64,000 nucleotides of DNA from Octopus vulgaris. Its lineage: Eukaryota. Below, piece after piece: positions 38,790 through 52,282 of the stretch. The notes under the pieces were generated by a model that made no database searches, was not told the DNA's origin, and worked only from the letters and a program-made list of their open reading frames with translations. The translations under genes and the position numbers were made by a program. Position 1 is the stretch's first letter; each line of letters opens with the position of its first letter. The DNA is taken from assembly GCA_951406725.2 (NCBI GenBank), contig OX597826.1, forward strand, positions 53,134,001 to 53,198,000. Direction: 5' to 3'.

Positions 38790-39047
38790 GTAGTATTTTA
38801 AGGGGCCCTGAAAACATTTTTGCTTTAAAAGGATGTATTGGTATGTGTTGCAAGAAACAGCTAGGTTTCTTTCTCTACCATTTTACATAGTTCAGCCTAC
38901 ACGATTAAATGTGTGAAAAACCAAATTGGGAATTTTGAAAGAAGTTTCTATAAAACTAATTTTTAAACATCGAATGGCTATGAAGTTCAACCAGAATAAA
39001 ATAGCAATCAAAGGGTCCATAGATAAAAAAATGGTTGAGAACCCCTG
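38790..39047. mobile_element. hAT MITE remnant
   Basis: Ends ggttgagaacccctg. Confidence 0.5.
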
Positions 39048-39184
39048 TTCTATATGGTTATTTCACGAGAAATCCAATTTTTAAATCGCGCTACATACGA
39101 ATATATATACTCACTCACACACTCACAAACACACATACACACATACATATTGTATTTACATGTATAACATATATATATCAGCGT

Positions 39185-39568
39185 GGAGGCGCAATGGATC
39201 AGTGCTTACGGCAGTGGACACGCGGTCGTAGAATCGCGGTTTCGATTCCCAGACAGGGCGTTGTGAGTGTTTATTGAGTGAAAACACCTAAAAGCTCCAC
39301 GAGGCTCCACAGTTGTGGGGTTGGCGAACCCTGCCGTACTCTTTCACTACAACTTTCTCTCACTCTTTCTTCATGTTTCTGCTGTACCTGTATTTATTTC
39401 AAAAGACCAGCCTTGTCACACTCTGTGAAACGCTGAATCTCCCTGAGAACTACGTTAAGGGCACACGTATCTGTGGAGTGCTCAGCCACTTGCACGTTAA
39501 TTTCACAAGCAGGCTGTTCTGTTGATCTGATCAACTGGAACCCTCGTCGTCGTAACAGATGGAGTGCC
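39185..39568 (+). mobile_element. Family D SINE
   Basis: Homologous to 20516-20898. Confidence 0.85.
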
Positions 39569-39639
39569 GAAGAAGATATATATCAGTAATATGTTGTGAT
39601 ATGTTTTGTGTGGGAATATACATGTGCAGGATCCTAGTT

Positions 39640-39655
39640 TGTGTGTGTGTATTTT

Positions 39656-39688
<33 letters not shown>

Positions 39689-40229
39689 CGATCGATAGAT
39701 AGATAGATAGATATACGTATCTGTGTATGTGCAAGTGTGTGTATAGATAGCATACGTATGCATACGCTAATACACACACACATATGTGTATATTCGAACT
39801 ACGGTTGTCACTCGGAATCAGGAACGGCATGATTCCGTGCACTATGCTTTCACTGCTATTTTTTGTTGTTGTTGTTGTTTAGTAGTTATGAACTGACATG
39901 GACATCCTCTGAGCTCTCCCGCTTAGTTTAGTGTAGCCCGCTTACCTCTAGCTGTTTTATCCTGGATAATGAATCGAGGCCAAGGTGGGAGAGCCCAGAG
40001 GATGTCTATGTCAATTCTTAACTACTGACTTAAAAAAAAAAATAGCGGCGAAATCATAGTGCATGGTATCGAGCCATTCTTGATTCCGAATGACAACTGT
40101 AGTTTGAATATACGCACATGTGTGTGTGTGTGTATGTGTGTGTGTGTGTGTGTGTGTGTATTAGTGTGTGCATATGTATGCTAGCTTTACACACACTTGC
40201 ACATAAACATATACGTATATCTATCTATC

Positions 40230-40271
<42 letters not shown>

Positions 40272-40285
40272 AAAACGCTCACACA
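39640..40285. repeat. Long inverted duplication (about 280-bp arms, about 66-bp loop)
   Basis: ggacatcctctgagctctccc / gggagagcccagaggatgtct and further arm matches including GATA/TATC tracts. Confidence 0.9.
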
Positions 40286-40419
40286 TGCACACACAAACAC
40301 ACACACACACACATACATTTTTTCAGCATGGTAGCCAACGTGTTCTTTAAGTAAATAATATTATATGATTTACAATAAAAGTAGCCAAGTTTCTTGTCAG
40401 TTCAGAATTGTTTCTCTTG

Positions 40420-40466
40420 GTGTCTAGTACTGATGAGAACTAACGTGTTCGAAATGCATCCGACAG
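40420..40466 (+). ncRNA. Minimal type I hammerhead motif
   Basis: CTGATGA-GAAC-taacgt-GTTC-GAAA-TGCA-TC; palindromic ATGCAT helix III; helix I imperfect. Confidence 0.7.
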
Positions 40467-41751
40467 TTCAATAGAGAGCTCTCTGAGCTGACTATCGTGT
40501 TTAACATCGTTTTTTTTTAACGTGAAATTTTTCTTCACAATAAACTTCAGTGAAAAACCTTTACAGTTTCAAATATATCTCAAGCACATTAGAACTGGCC
40601 TTAAGTTTGTGTGTACGAACGTACGTGTATGCGTATATGTATGTGTGTTTTCTGCATGTGTGTGTGTGTATTTATGTATCTGCATACTTCATACGAATTT
40701 AGAAACTTTGACATGGACTGATTCGTAAATATTAGGTTAAAAAGAACCCTGGAGTGTACAAGTCGAAGGTAGACTTCGATTTTTTCCATCTAAGGGCTTT
40801 TAACCCAATCATTACTTTCTATAATTTAGAGCTTTATTGAAGGCGGTGAGTTGACAGTATTGTTCGCAAGCCGCACAAATGCTCAACAGCTTTTCGTCCA
40901 TCTTTACGTTCTTCACTTTGTCTTTTTTTCCTTTCGAGGTCAATAAAATAAGTACCAGTTGAGTACTGGGGTCGATATAATCGACTTATCCCTTCCTCTG
41001 AACTTGCTGGCCTTATGTCAAAATTTAAAATCAATATATAGAAATGTAACGGTGGGTAAGAGCGATGACGTTCTCAGTAGCGTTTCGTTCGTCTTTACGT
41101 TCTGACTTCAAATTCCGCCGAGGTCCACTTTGCTTTCCATCATTTCGTGGTTGATTATATAAATAACAGTTGGGCACTGGGGTGAATGTAATCAACTTCC
41201 CCCGTCTCGCCAGAACGTGCTGGCCTTGTGCGAACATTTGAAATTACTATTTATACTTTAACTATGGTGGTGAGCTGGCAGAATCGTTACCTGCGGACAA
41301 AATGCTTAGCGGCATTTCTTCCAGTTTTACAATCTGAGTTCAAATGCTGCTGAAGTCGATAAGATGAGTACCAGTTGAGTATGGGGGCTCGGTCTCGACT
41401 AACCTCCCCACCCCTACATTTTAGACCTTGTGCCTATAGTAGAAAGGATGATTTAAATTTTAGCTATCGAGTTTCAGTGATGGCGTGCGGCTTAATGGCT
41501 TGGGCGTTGCTCACATGATCGTAAGATTATGGTTTTAATTCCGGGTAATGCGTTATATCCTTGAGCAAAACACTCCATTTCACGTTATTCCAGTATTCCA
41601 AGCAACACAGCTGGTAAAACGAACAATCGTATGGCAGACCAGCATCCCGTCCAGTGGGGAATATATACGCCACAGAACCTAGGAAACCTTTGGCTCGGGA
41701 AGAAATTAGCCCGACTTTTGATCGACATACATAATTACACAAACACATACA

Positions 41752-41805
<54 letters not shown>

Positions 41806-41986
41806 CATACCCACACACATATGTTCATATATATATATACAACACACACACGTATATATATATGTATATATATGTATATATATGTATATATATATGTATA
41901 TATATTTTCATCCCTAATTTTGTGGTTATGGAACCTAGCTGTTCTTTCTAGCGTGATTAATCCCACGGGTGTTTAAATGTACACTG

Positions 41987-42031
<45 letters not shown>

Positions 42032-43124
42032 ATATATATAACACTTAAACAGTCATATATATATATATAAAATTATAATTTAGGGTATCTAAAAGATACC
42101 ACCACGCTGGAAATAGCAGTCAAAACTTGACTCTAAAACCAGAATTAGCTTTATATTACAACTGTATAATTAAACAATTGAAGTATGAAATTCTATACAT
42201 ATTATGAGTGCATGTTTGCCTATTATTTCGAATGCTGAAGAACAAAGTAACTCAATCTTATCAGTTCATTTATTATTTTGGGGGGTGGGGGGTGCTGTGG
42301 GGGTCCTTTTAATTATTTCCTAGGTTTTAATTAATGTTTCACTGAAACGTACTGCACACACACACACACACATGAATACACACACACAGAGACACTGAAT
42401 ACTAATTTCGTATTTCGTTAATTATAGCAATCATGACAAACTCTTGAGTTCAGTATATATTTATTAATCCCACACACACACACACTCTCTCTCTCTCTCT
42501 CTCGCACACACATACACACACACCTATGCACACATGTACTCACTAGTCCGTGTGTGCTTCGGTTTAGCATTGTCTCGTGTGAAAATAAATTCAGATATGC
42601 TAAGCTTTTCCGTGTGATCTGCAACGAAGTGATATGCCCATAGAACCGCGCAAGCTTTTCAAGACCGATAAGACTGATGCCGTGAACGTATGTTTAGGCA
42701 AATCCAGAGGATAAATACATGTTTCGAATCTGGCTGAGTGGATTTGATATTATAGCAGCCGGTTTCTAGGAACAGATGTAGGAGTTGCACTTTCGCCCAA
42801 AACTCGCTTTGCGGTACTTCTGCGTTCACTCCCACAGTTCGGCACCTTCGGCAATTGTTTTCCACTATAGCCCCAGGCCGACGTGTGCCTTGTGAACGAA
42901 TTTGGTAGACGGAAACTTTGTAGAAGCACGACGTATATATATGGCTGCGTGGTAAGAAGCTTGCTTCCCAACCACATGGTTCCAGGTTCATTCCCACTGT
43001 GAGGAACCTTGGGTTAGTGTCTTCTACTATAGACTCGGGCTGACCATAGTCTTGTGAGTGGATTTGGTAGACGGAAACTGAAAGAAGCCCGTCGCATATA
43101 TATATACACACAAACATATGCATA

Positions 43125-43400
43125 TATGGGTACAGGACGTCACCAACAGTAAACAACATGAAATACGAAGACAAATGAGTTGAATATGCAAACAACGAGG
43201 AAACAAATGGAAAACAGGACAAGTAACATAAAGAACGACCCTTCGTGAGTTGTCGGGTGTCTATCTACTCATTTCGAGCATTGAACAACAATATGAGTCT
43301 TCGAAGGCAGTTACTCCCATAAGTACCAAAATAAAATTTTGGATTTATAGAGGGTCAAAGTTAGGAACAAAGAGAGGACAGTGGAGACATAACGGATTAC
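43125..43400 (-). mobile_element. Penelope-like terminal repeat; related copy at 50170-50345 (+)
   Basis: Shared cgaaa..gagtagata..gacaact.a.gaag..gttctttatgtt..tgtacccatatatgc, ending at TA repeats. Confidence 0.5.
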
Positions 43401-43552
43401 TAGGGCCCCAAAGTTATAACTGAGACGGTAGTTATGAGGCCATTGCAGATTTCCGATGCAGCGGATGTATAATTGTTAAAGAGGACAACAAACGTTAAGG
43501 CAAGGTAAACATCTCAAGTCGTATACATTATTATTATTGGAAAAAATTCAAA

Positions 43553-43608
43553 GTCTTACAGCTGTTTCTGGGATATCCCGAAGTATGGGATATTCCGTCA
43601 TCGGAGAC
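43553..43608 (-). ncRNA. Type I hammerhead ribozyme motif
   Basis: gtct-CCGATGA-cggaatatccc-atacttc-gggatatccca-GAAA-CAGCTG-TA-agac; helix I gtct/agac perfect. Confidence 0.7.
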
Positions 43609-44052
43609 AAATAAGGAAAACGAGAAGGGTATAGATTAATGAAATGCGGACAGGAGTAAAGGAACAAAGAGATGAGGAAAGAGAAGAAAAAAGAAGCATA
43701 AAAGTTCATAGTTCAACTTTCCGATGTTGTAGGAACAAGAGCATAAGTCCTTATGCGCAATCCTGCGTAGATCCGTGGGGGTTAAAATCCTATATAGTAA
43801 ACATCCAGAGAAAAAAGACGCAAACACTTCAACGTTCAGTAACAGAATGGTAGCGGAGGTGGCAATTAAGTGGTAAACGGAAAGTAAATAGGTAGAAAGA
43901 CATTGTGTCTATATACCTATACACCTTACTTTTATCCTAAAGCCAATCCTAAAATCCCCACACCCACCCACTCTATCTATCTTTCTATTTATTTACTATT
44001 CTTCCCTTTTACCACTTAATCAGGATTTTAACCTACATGGATCTACATATAT

Positions 44053-44054
<2 letters not shown>

Positions 44055-44090
<36 letters not shown>

Positions 44091-44543
44091 ATGTCTTTAT
44101 GTCTGTGTTTGTCCCCATCACCACTTGACAACCGGTATTGGTGTGTTTATGTCTCAGTAACTTAGCGGTTCGAAAAAAACCGATTGAATAGGTATCAGGT
44201 TTTAAAATATAAGTTCTGGGGTCGATTTGTTCAACTAAAAAAGGTGCTGCTCCAGCATGGCCGCAGTCACATGACTGAAACGAGTAAAAGAATAAAAGAG
44301 TATGTATATAATATATACTCTCTCTTTTTACTCTTTTACTTGTTTCAGTCATTTGACTGTGGCCATACTGGAGCACCGCTTTTAGTCGAGCAAATCGACC
44401 CCAGGACTTATTCTTTGCAAGCCTGGTACTTATTCTATCAGTCTCTTTTGCCGAACTGCTAACTTACAAGGACGTAAACACACCAGCATCGGTTGTCAAG
44501 CAATGTTGGGGGACAAACACATAAACACACACACACTCACACT

Positions 44544-44579
<36 letters not shown>

Positions 44580-45445
44580 CACATATATACGACGGGCTTC
44601 TATCAGTTTCCGTCAACCAAATCCACTCACAAGGCTTTGGTCGGCCCGAGGCTATAGTAGAAGACACTTGCCCAAGGTACCACGTAGTGGGACTGAACCC
44701 GGAACCATGTGGTTGGTAAGCAAGCTACTTACCACACAGCCACTCCTACTAATGTATGTCTATTATATATAGAGAGAGAGACACACACACACAGGTATGT
44801 GTTTTGTGTTTGTAGTTGTCCTCCAATGCTATTTGTCAACCGGTGTTGGTTTGTTTACATTCATTTAAATTAGCAATTCAGCCAAAGGGATCGACAGAGC
44901 AAGTACCAGACTTATAAGCAAATATTGGGGTGATTTCTTCGCCTAAAACTTTTCAAGGCGGTGCCCCAGCATGACCGCAGGCCGGTGACTGAAACAAGTA
45001 AAATGTATTAGATAATGTATTAGATAGGCGTAGGAGTGGCTGTGTGATGTGTAGCTTGCTTACCAACCACATGGTTCCGAGTTCAGTTCCACTGCATGGC
45101 ACCTTGGGCAAGTGTCTTCTGCTATAGCCTCGGGCCGACCAAAGCCTTGTGAGTGGATTTGGTAGACGGAAACTGAAAGAAAGCCCGTCGTATATATGTA
45201 TATATGCATGTGTATGTGTGTGTATATGCTTGTGTGTCTGTGTTTGTCCCCCAACATCGCTTGACAACCGATGCTGGTGTGTTTACGTCTCCGTAACTTA
45301 GCGGTTCGGCAAAAGAGACCGATAGAATAAATACTACGCTTACAAAGAATAAGTCCTGGGGTCGATTTGCTCGACTAAAGGCAGTGCTCCAGCATGGCCA
45401 CAGTCAGATGACTGAAACAAATAAAAGAGTAAAGAGTAAAGAGTA
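44055..45445. mobile_element. Cluster of four family B SINE copies in mixed orientation
   Basis: 44055-44300 +, 44320-44748 -, 44800-45003 +, 45026-45445 +. Confidence 0.85.
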
Positions 45446-46039
45446 TAAGGACAAACCCTGTCTTTTCGAAACTACGTCTCAAAAATTGCTTTTATTTTCT
45501 GAAATATTTGACGTATTGCACTCAAAACCTCAGTAGTAGTTTATGTAGATTTGTGTAATAAATAAGATTATACTCAAACAAATATAGAAAAAATTCCAGG
45601 TAACTGAAAATTTCACACAATACAAAAGATTGACTCTCCAGACCCATCCCATCGTTTACACAGATTTGTTGATCTGATAAAAGTCACTCTTTTGTATGAA
45701 TACCGGTACATTACTATTTAGTAATGCACCGGTATTTAGCAACATTGCTATTTATTTACCTAGCCTCTCCTGTTTGTATTTGTGCTTTGTAACATACTAG
45801 TTATAATATATAACTTCACTTCCTCTATCTCTGGGTAAACAAAGGAATATGAACAATAAATATAAAAACATACATAATAGAAATCCTTTCTATTAGAGAT
45901 AGTCGATTACATTGACCCCAGTACGTGAGTCCCCGAAATGATAAAAGGCAAAGTCAACCTCGACGGATGAAATGCTGCTAAGCTTTTTTCCCGGCGGGTT
46001 AATGATTCTGCCAGCTCGCCGCTTTACACCACCTATCTA

Positions 46040-46084
<45 letters not shown>

Positions 46085-46089
<5 letters not shown>

Positions 46090-46303
46090 CCTTTCTACTA
46101 TAGGTACAAGGCCTGAAATTTGGAGGAGGGGAATAGTCGATTTCATCGACCCCAGTGTGTAACTGGTACTTATTTCATCGACCCCCGAAAGGATGAAAGG
46201 CAAAGTCGATCTCGGCGGAACTTGAACTCCGAACGTAGCGACGGGCAAAATACCGCTAAGCATTCCGTCCAGCTTGCTAACGATTCTGCCAGCTCGCCGC
46301 CTT
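46085..46303 (-). mobile_element. Family A SINE with (TAA)n tail
   Basis: Family consensus match. Confidence 0.85.
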
Positions 46304-46339
46304 CTTTCATGGGCCACAAGAAGCAAATGAGATGGACAT

Positions 46340-46910
46340 TATAAAGGCAGGTTACATTTTGTGTGCGGCCGTTTTAAATATGGATGGTGGGGCGATCCTG
46401 ATGGTGGACTCGGCCGATACTTGAAACAACAGCGGTTCGACATAACTCCACAGGTCAGAAGTGCTTGGAAACCGTACGAGAGATTGCAGCACGGTTTCGT
46501 CGCTCCGCACACATCTTGGGCAGATCCTCCTGACAGAACTTTCGTATCTGTGGAGTTTATTTCGAACCTTCAGTGTCCCTTTGTAGCACTGCTAGGACAG
46601 AACTTTTAGGTAGTTACGGTAGGTAAGTCACCGGCCCGAAAGTCCTCCAAAATAGACCACTTAGTTCGTCCTCGTTGATGCCGATAGTTTTCCTGAGAAC
46701 GTCATCACTCTTACCCACCGTTACATTTCTATATGTCATTAACATAGAAGTTCCACCAACAGTACTGCTTGCCTGGCAGTGTGTAGTGACCATCTGACAA
46801 CATTCCAAGTGCCAGGCACTCGATCTTGCGCTTTTCTTCAGCCAAGGTTGCAACTCTGCCAAAGATATAAGCCGCAGAGAAACGCGTCTTATAAACTGAT
46901 ACTACACCTG
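46340..46910 (-). mobile_element. Tx1/L1-clade LINE ORF2 C-terminal (zf-RVT-like) remnant
   Basis: QCYKGTLKVRNKLHRY..ICPRCVRSDETVLQSL..DLWSYVE. Confidence 0.7.
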
Positions 46911-46944
46911 CTCACTGTCTAGCAAAATCTGCATGTGATGCTCT

Positions 46945-47270
46945 AGGAGCACTCCGTCGGTTACGACGACGAGGGTCCCAGCTGATACGATCAACAGAAC
47001 AGCCTGCTCGGGAAATTAACGTGCAAGTGGCTGAGCACTCCACAGACACGTGTACCCTTAACGTAGTTCTCAGGGAGATTCAGCGTGACACACAGTGTGA
47101 CAAGGCCGGCCCTTTGAAATACAGATACAACTCATTTTTGTCAGCTGAGTAGACTGGAGCAACATGAAATAAAGTGTCTTGCTCAAGGACACAACGCGTC
47201 GCTTGGAATCGAACTCACGACCTTACAATCGTGAGCCGAATGTCCTAACCACTAAGCCACGCGCCTTCAC
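46945..47270 (-). mobile_element. SINE with family C head and family D tail
   Basis: CORE-like body followed by aaagggccggccttgtcac..gtcgtaaccgacggagtgc. Confidence 0.8.
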
Positions 47271-47299
47271 GCATGTGATGCAGCCTAATAATAATAATA

Positions 47300-47745
47300 A
47301 TAATCCTTTCTACTATAGGCGCAAGGTCCGAAATTTGGGGGAAGGTACTAGTCGATTACGTCAACCCCGGCATTTGACTGGTACTTATTTCATCGACCCC
47401 TAAAGGATGAAAGGCAAAGTCGACCTCGGAGGAATTTGAATTCAGAACGTAAAGACAGACGAAATATCGTTAAGCATTTCGCCCGGCCTGCTAACAATTC
47501 CACCTGCTCGCCTCCTTTAATAATGGTTTCAAATTTTTCCACAAAGGTAGTAAATTTTTCCACAAAGGGAGGGGATGAGTTGATTACATCGACCCCAGTA
47601 TTAAATTGGTACTTATTTTATCGACCCCGAAACGAGGAAAGATAAATTCGACTCTGTGGAATTTGAACTCAGAACGTAGCGATGGACGAAATGTTGCTAA
47701 GCATTTTTCCCAACGTGGTAACGATTCCACCAGCTCGCCGCCTTA

Positions 47746-47803
<58 letters not shown>

Positions 47804-48340
47804 GCCGTATTTCGTCCGTCTGTAGATTCTAGGTTCAAATGCAATCGAGGTTGACTTTGCCGTTCATCCTTTCGGGGTCGATAAAATAAGTACCAGTTGA
47901 ACACTGGGGTCGAATTAATTGACTTACTCCTTCCCTGGAATTGCTGGCCTTGTGCCAAAATTTGAAATCAATAATAACTCGGTTGCGTCCGTCATTACAT
48001 TCGAAATTCAAATTCCGCCGAGGTCGACTTAGCTTTCCATCCTTTTGGGCTCTATAAAATATGTGCCGTCTCCCGAAATTGCTGGCCTTATGCCAAAATC
48101 TGAAACTAATATTAACGGACTGGCAAACTTGAAGAAGTAACAGAATCGTAAGAGGGTTGGAGAAAATGCCTTGTGGTATTCCTTCCGGTTGTTTATGTTC
48201 TGAGTTCAGATAATGCCCAAGTCAATTTGACTTTTAATTCCCGATTTTGGTAAAATAAAATATCTGTCTAGTACTAGGGATGATTTCTTCGAGTAATGGC
48301 GTATCCCCGATTTCAAGCCTTGTGCCTATGTTATCAAGAA
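47300..48340. mobile_element. Cluster of family A SINEs in both orientations
   Basis: Two minus copies, (TAA)n, then three decaying plus copies. Confidence 0.8.
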
Positions 48341-48554
48341 GTATTAAAAGTATTGAGAATTGGTAGAGCACCGAACAAACATGTTTTGAAATGAAACCTT
48401 GCCGAGGTAGCATTTGATCTTTGTTCTGTTTACGTTGATAAAATAATTACCAACCAAGAACTGGGATTGATTAAATTGGTTTATGTCCTTCATTTGTGAT
48501 GTAGTGCGTTTGTTGCAAACCTTTATTATCAAGTCTGGAGGGTTAAGTTGACGG

Positions 48555-49005
48555 ACATGAGAGATGTGGTAGAATGGAGTCGAGACAATAGTGTTGTGAT
48601 AATAAGGAATTGAGACAGCAGAGATGTGATAGTGTGGAGTTTTGATAGTCGGAAATTCTAATAGAAAAGTCATGACCAGCGGAACTATTCGAGAATACTT
48701 GTGGTAAGAAGGAATATTGACAATAAAACAATCAGATTGTAAGAGTGACGTGAAGGTGTATTGACAGTAGAACCCTGCCACAGTAAAAATATGACAGGAG
48801 AGAGTTTTTACAGTAGAGAGTTGTGATACTAGAGATGTGACAATAGACGTATGAAAGTAAAGATGTGACAATAGAAGCCGGATAGTTGAGATGAAAAACA
48901 GAAGAGAGTTGTGGAAATAGAACGTTGTGATAGAAAACAGTTGTGCCAGTGAAGGTGTGATGAAAGAGAGTTGTGATTCTTAAGGTGTGACGATAGTTGT
49001 AACAA
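48555..49005. repeat. Degenerate 15-16-bp minisatellite (approx. gagttgtgatagta)
   Basis: Roughly 28 diverged units read by eye. Confidence 0.7.
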
Positions 49006-49156
49006 AACTCGAACTCACAATGTTATGATTTTATTTCAGGTACCTTATCCATTAGACCACGATGTCATTTCCCGCAACATTATTAACCTAAATTTTCACT
49101 TCTATCACTGTATTCTCTCTTTCTGGAAAATAGTGCCCTCTATATACGATAGAAAG

Positions 49157-49386
49157 ACGGCGAGCTGGCAGACACGTTAGCGCGCCGGGTGAAATGCTTA
49201 GCGGTATTTTGTCTGTCGTTACGTTCTAAGTTCAAATTCCGCCGAGGTCAACTTTGCCTTTCATCCTTTCGGGGTCGATAAATAAAGTACCAGTTTCGCA
49301 CTGGGGTCGATATAATCGACTCAATCCCTTCGTCTGTCCTTGTTTGTCCCCTCTATGTTTAGCCCCTTGTGAGCAGTAAAGAAATA
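49157..49386 (+). mobile_element. Family A SINE, full length
   Basis: Head through tail ..gcagtaaagaaata. Confidence 0.85.
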
Positions 49387-49963
49387 TATATACGATAGAA
49401 ATAGTCTAAATAGATAATAAACTAAGAGTTTAGGTTTGATAATGTCCAGTTTCAAAATAAAATTCAAAGGATCTGTAATTGTTTGTATGTTGATTGATAT
49501 GTGTGTGGGAGTATTGTAAATTAAATCAATGAATGAATGGCTGACGTTCAGATGTGACGAAGCGAGAAAGTATAGCGTTGCTGCTATTTCCTGAAACCGT
49601 CTGTTTGCACATGTTTTGCCGTCTAAACAATGACAGGCGATACCGTAACTTACAATACATGCTATTAGCGAGGCAAAACTATCTAGCTTATATTGCGAGT
49701 CATTGGTGTTTGTTAGCAAACACTTTATATGTGTTTTGTTTTTAAAGTTGCAGTGCCAAGACTGCTCTGTCCAGTACACTGACCCAGTTTCGGTCTTCGG
49801 CGAGGACAGCGGCCAGTTAATCATCTGATTAATTCAAACAGCTATTGTCTGAACGCTTAGTAATTGCTCATTCTTTATTTCATTCTGTCTCTCTAAAAAG
49901 CTTTACTGTATAATCAAGCGTATTTCTCTAAGGCTCCGATTTCTGTCAAACTGTATTTGCTAA

Positions 49964-50026
<63 letters not shown>

Positions 50027-50344
50027 TCTCTTCAGGCTGAGTTACACAACGTTTTATGCGACAGCGTAGCCTGTTCCGTATTCGCTCTACTCACGTACGC
50101 ACGAACAGAGACACAGCCAAACACACCCAAACATATGAGACATTGCTACACCTGATATACAAAAATGATAGCGTCGAAACGCGGAGTAGATAAAACAGGG
50201 GACAACTGATGAAGAGATTGTTCTTTATGTTGCCTGTCTCGTCTCTCTATTTGTTTCTTTCGTTGTTCGAAAAAGTGTTCGTTTTCCATGTTTTTGTTTT
50301 TTTCATGTTCAGGGTTTTTTTTTTGTCGTCTTGTACCCATATAT

Positions 50345-50394
50345 GCATGTGTATATACATATATATGTAGGCATATACATATATGTATTATATA

Positions 50395-50489
<95 letters not shown>

Positions 50490-50650
50490 GTATGTATATA
50501 TATATATATGTATGTATATATATATATATGTATGTATATATATATATATGTATGTATATATATATATATGTATGTATATATATATATATATATGTATGTA
50601 TATATATATATATATATATGTATGTATATATATATATATATATATGTATG

Positions 50651-50727
<77 letters not shown>

Positions 50728-50783
50728 ATATATATATATATAATATATATATATATATGTATGTATATATATATATATGTATG
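50345..50783. repeat. (TA)n/(TATG) microsatellite
   Basis: Direct reading. Confidence 0.95.
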
Positions 50784-51172
50784 AATTCAAAACAAAGAAA
50801 ACCAGTTTCCTTTATAGGGCTGGAAAAACATCCGATTTTCCACTGGTTTTTCAATAAATACCTAATATGGCAGAGAAAAACTTTTCAGAACCCTAAAGGG
50901 TATATATTCAATATGCAAAAATTAAAAGAAAATGGAGATTTATAATTGACATATTATAAATATAATTTATTAGGATAATATTATACTACAATAAATATAA
51001 TATCATGTAATATGAATCTAAATACAAATATTAATCTAATAAAGAATTTATAAAAAATTATTTATAGATATGGATCTCATCAGAGAGATATTTCACAAAA
51101 TTGGACAAAATTACATGAGATTCAACCTATAAATATGAATTTTTAATAAATTCATTGTTGGGTATGAATCGA

Positions 51173-51232
<60 letters not shown>

Positions 51233-52055
51233 GTGTATGTTCATATACATATATGTACATATATACATATGTACATATATACATATGTACACATATTAAT
51301 ATATACATACATAAACACACATATGTATGTATGTGTGTGTGTGTATATATATATATGTATGCATGTATATAATATATGTTTGTGTGTGTGTGTGTATAAA
51401 TACACTTTAAATTTGTTTCTGTGAAACGTTTTGAATATGCAAATAAAGCGCCTATTCCATTGTGTTGGCCACCGTCTAACGATGTTGACTTGCGAGACAG
51501 TTTTTCGGGCTTGCATCAAGTTGTAGTGATATAATGTAAGATAAATACAAGAATTGAAACAGAATTGTATACACTGAAATGGATATCTGCATTTATATAT
51601 AACTAATTCAACTCATTCCATTACACACAGCCACATATTGTAAACATGGATACATATAGATACATCTAGTTCACACATAGACTTTTATACACATAAACAC
51701 GAGTACAGACACACACACACACACACACACACACAACTTCACACAACTTAAATATTCAATTTGCTACAGACAGAAACATGCGCTCACTACACAGATTTAA
51801 TGCAAGTGTACTTTTACTAATCTCCGCATACATATAGAGACAGACATACACTTGCATACACGCATCACATATACGTACACACTCACACACACATGCACAC
51901 ACACACACTTGTACTTGGTGCCTTACCAAGTTTCCGAGACGTTGGCGTTGTTTCATTCTGCGAATTTAGAATAGCTTGACATCTTTCACTTCTAGGGTCT
52001 TTTGCCAAAAAGTAAACAAATGAAATAAATAAATATACAAACGAATGAATAAATA

Positions 52056-52099
<44 letters not shown>

Positions 52100-52237
52100 C
52101 TAAAAAAATAAAAAAGTACTAGTACACCACATTTGTGAGGAAACTCTTTGTTGAATTGTTATATTTGGAAATGGTTATTTTTTTCGCCAGTAAGCACACG
52201 CGCTATTTATTTGATCTTCACTTTAGATTTGTTGTTG

Positions 52238-52280
<43 letters not shown>

Positions 52281-52282
<2 letters not shown>

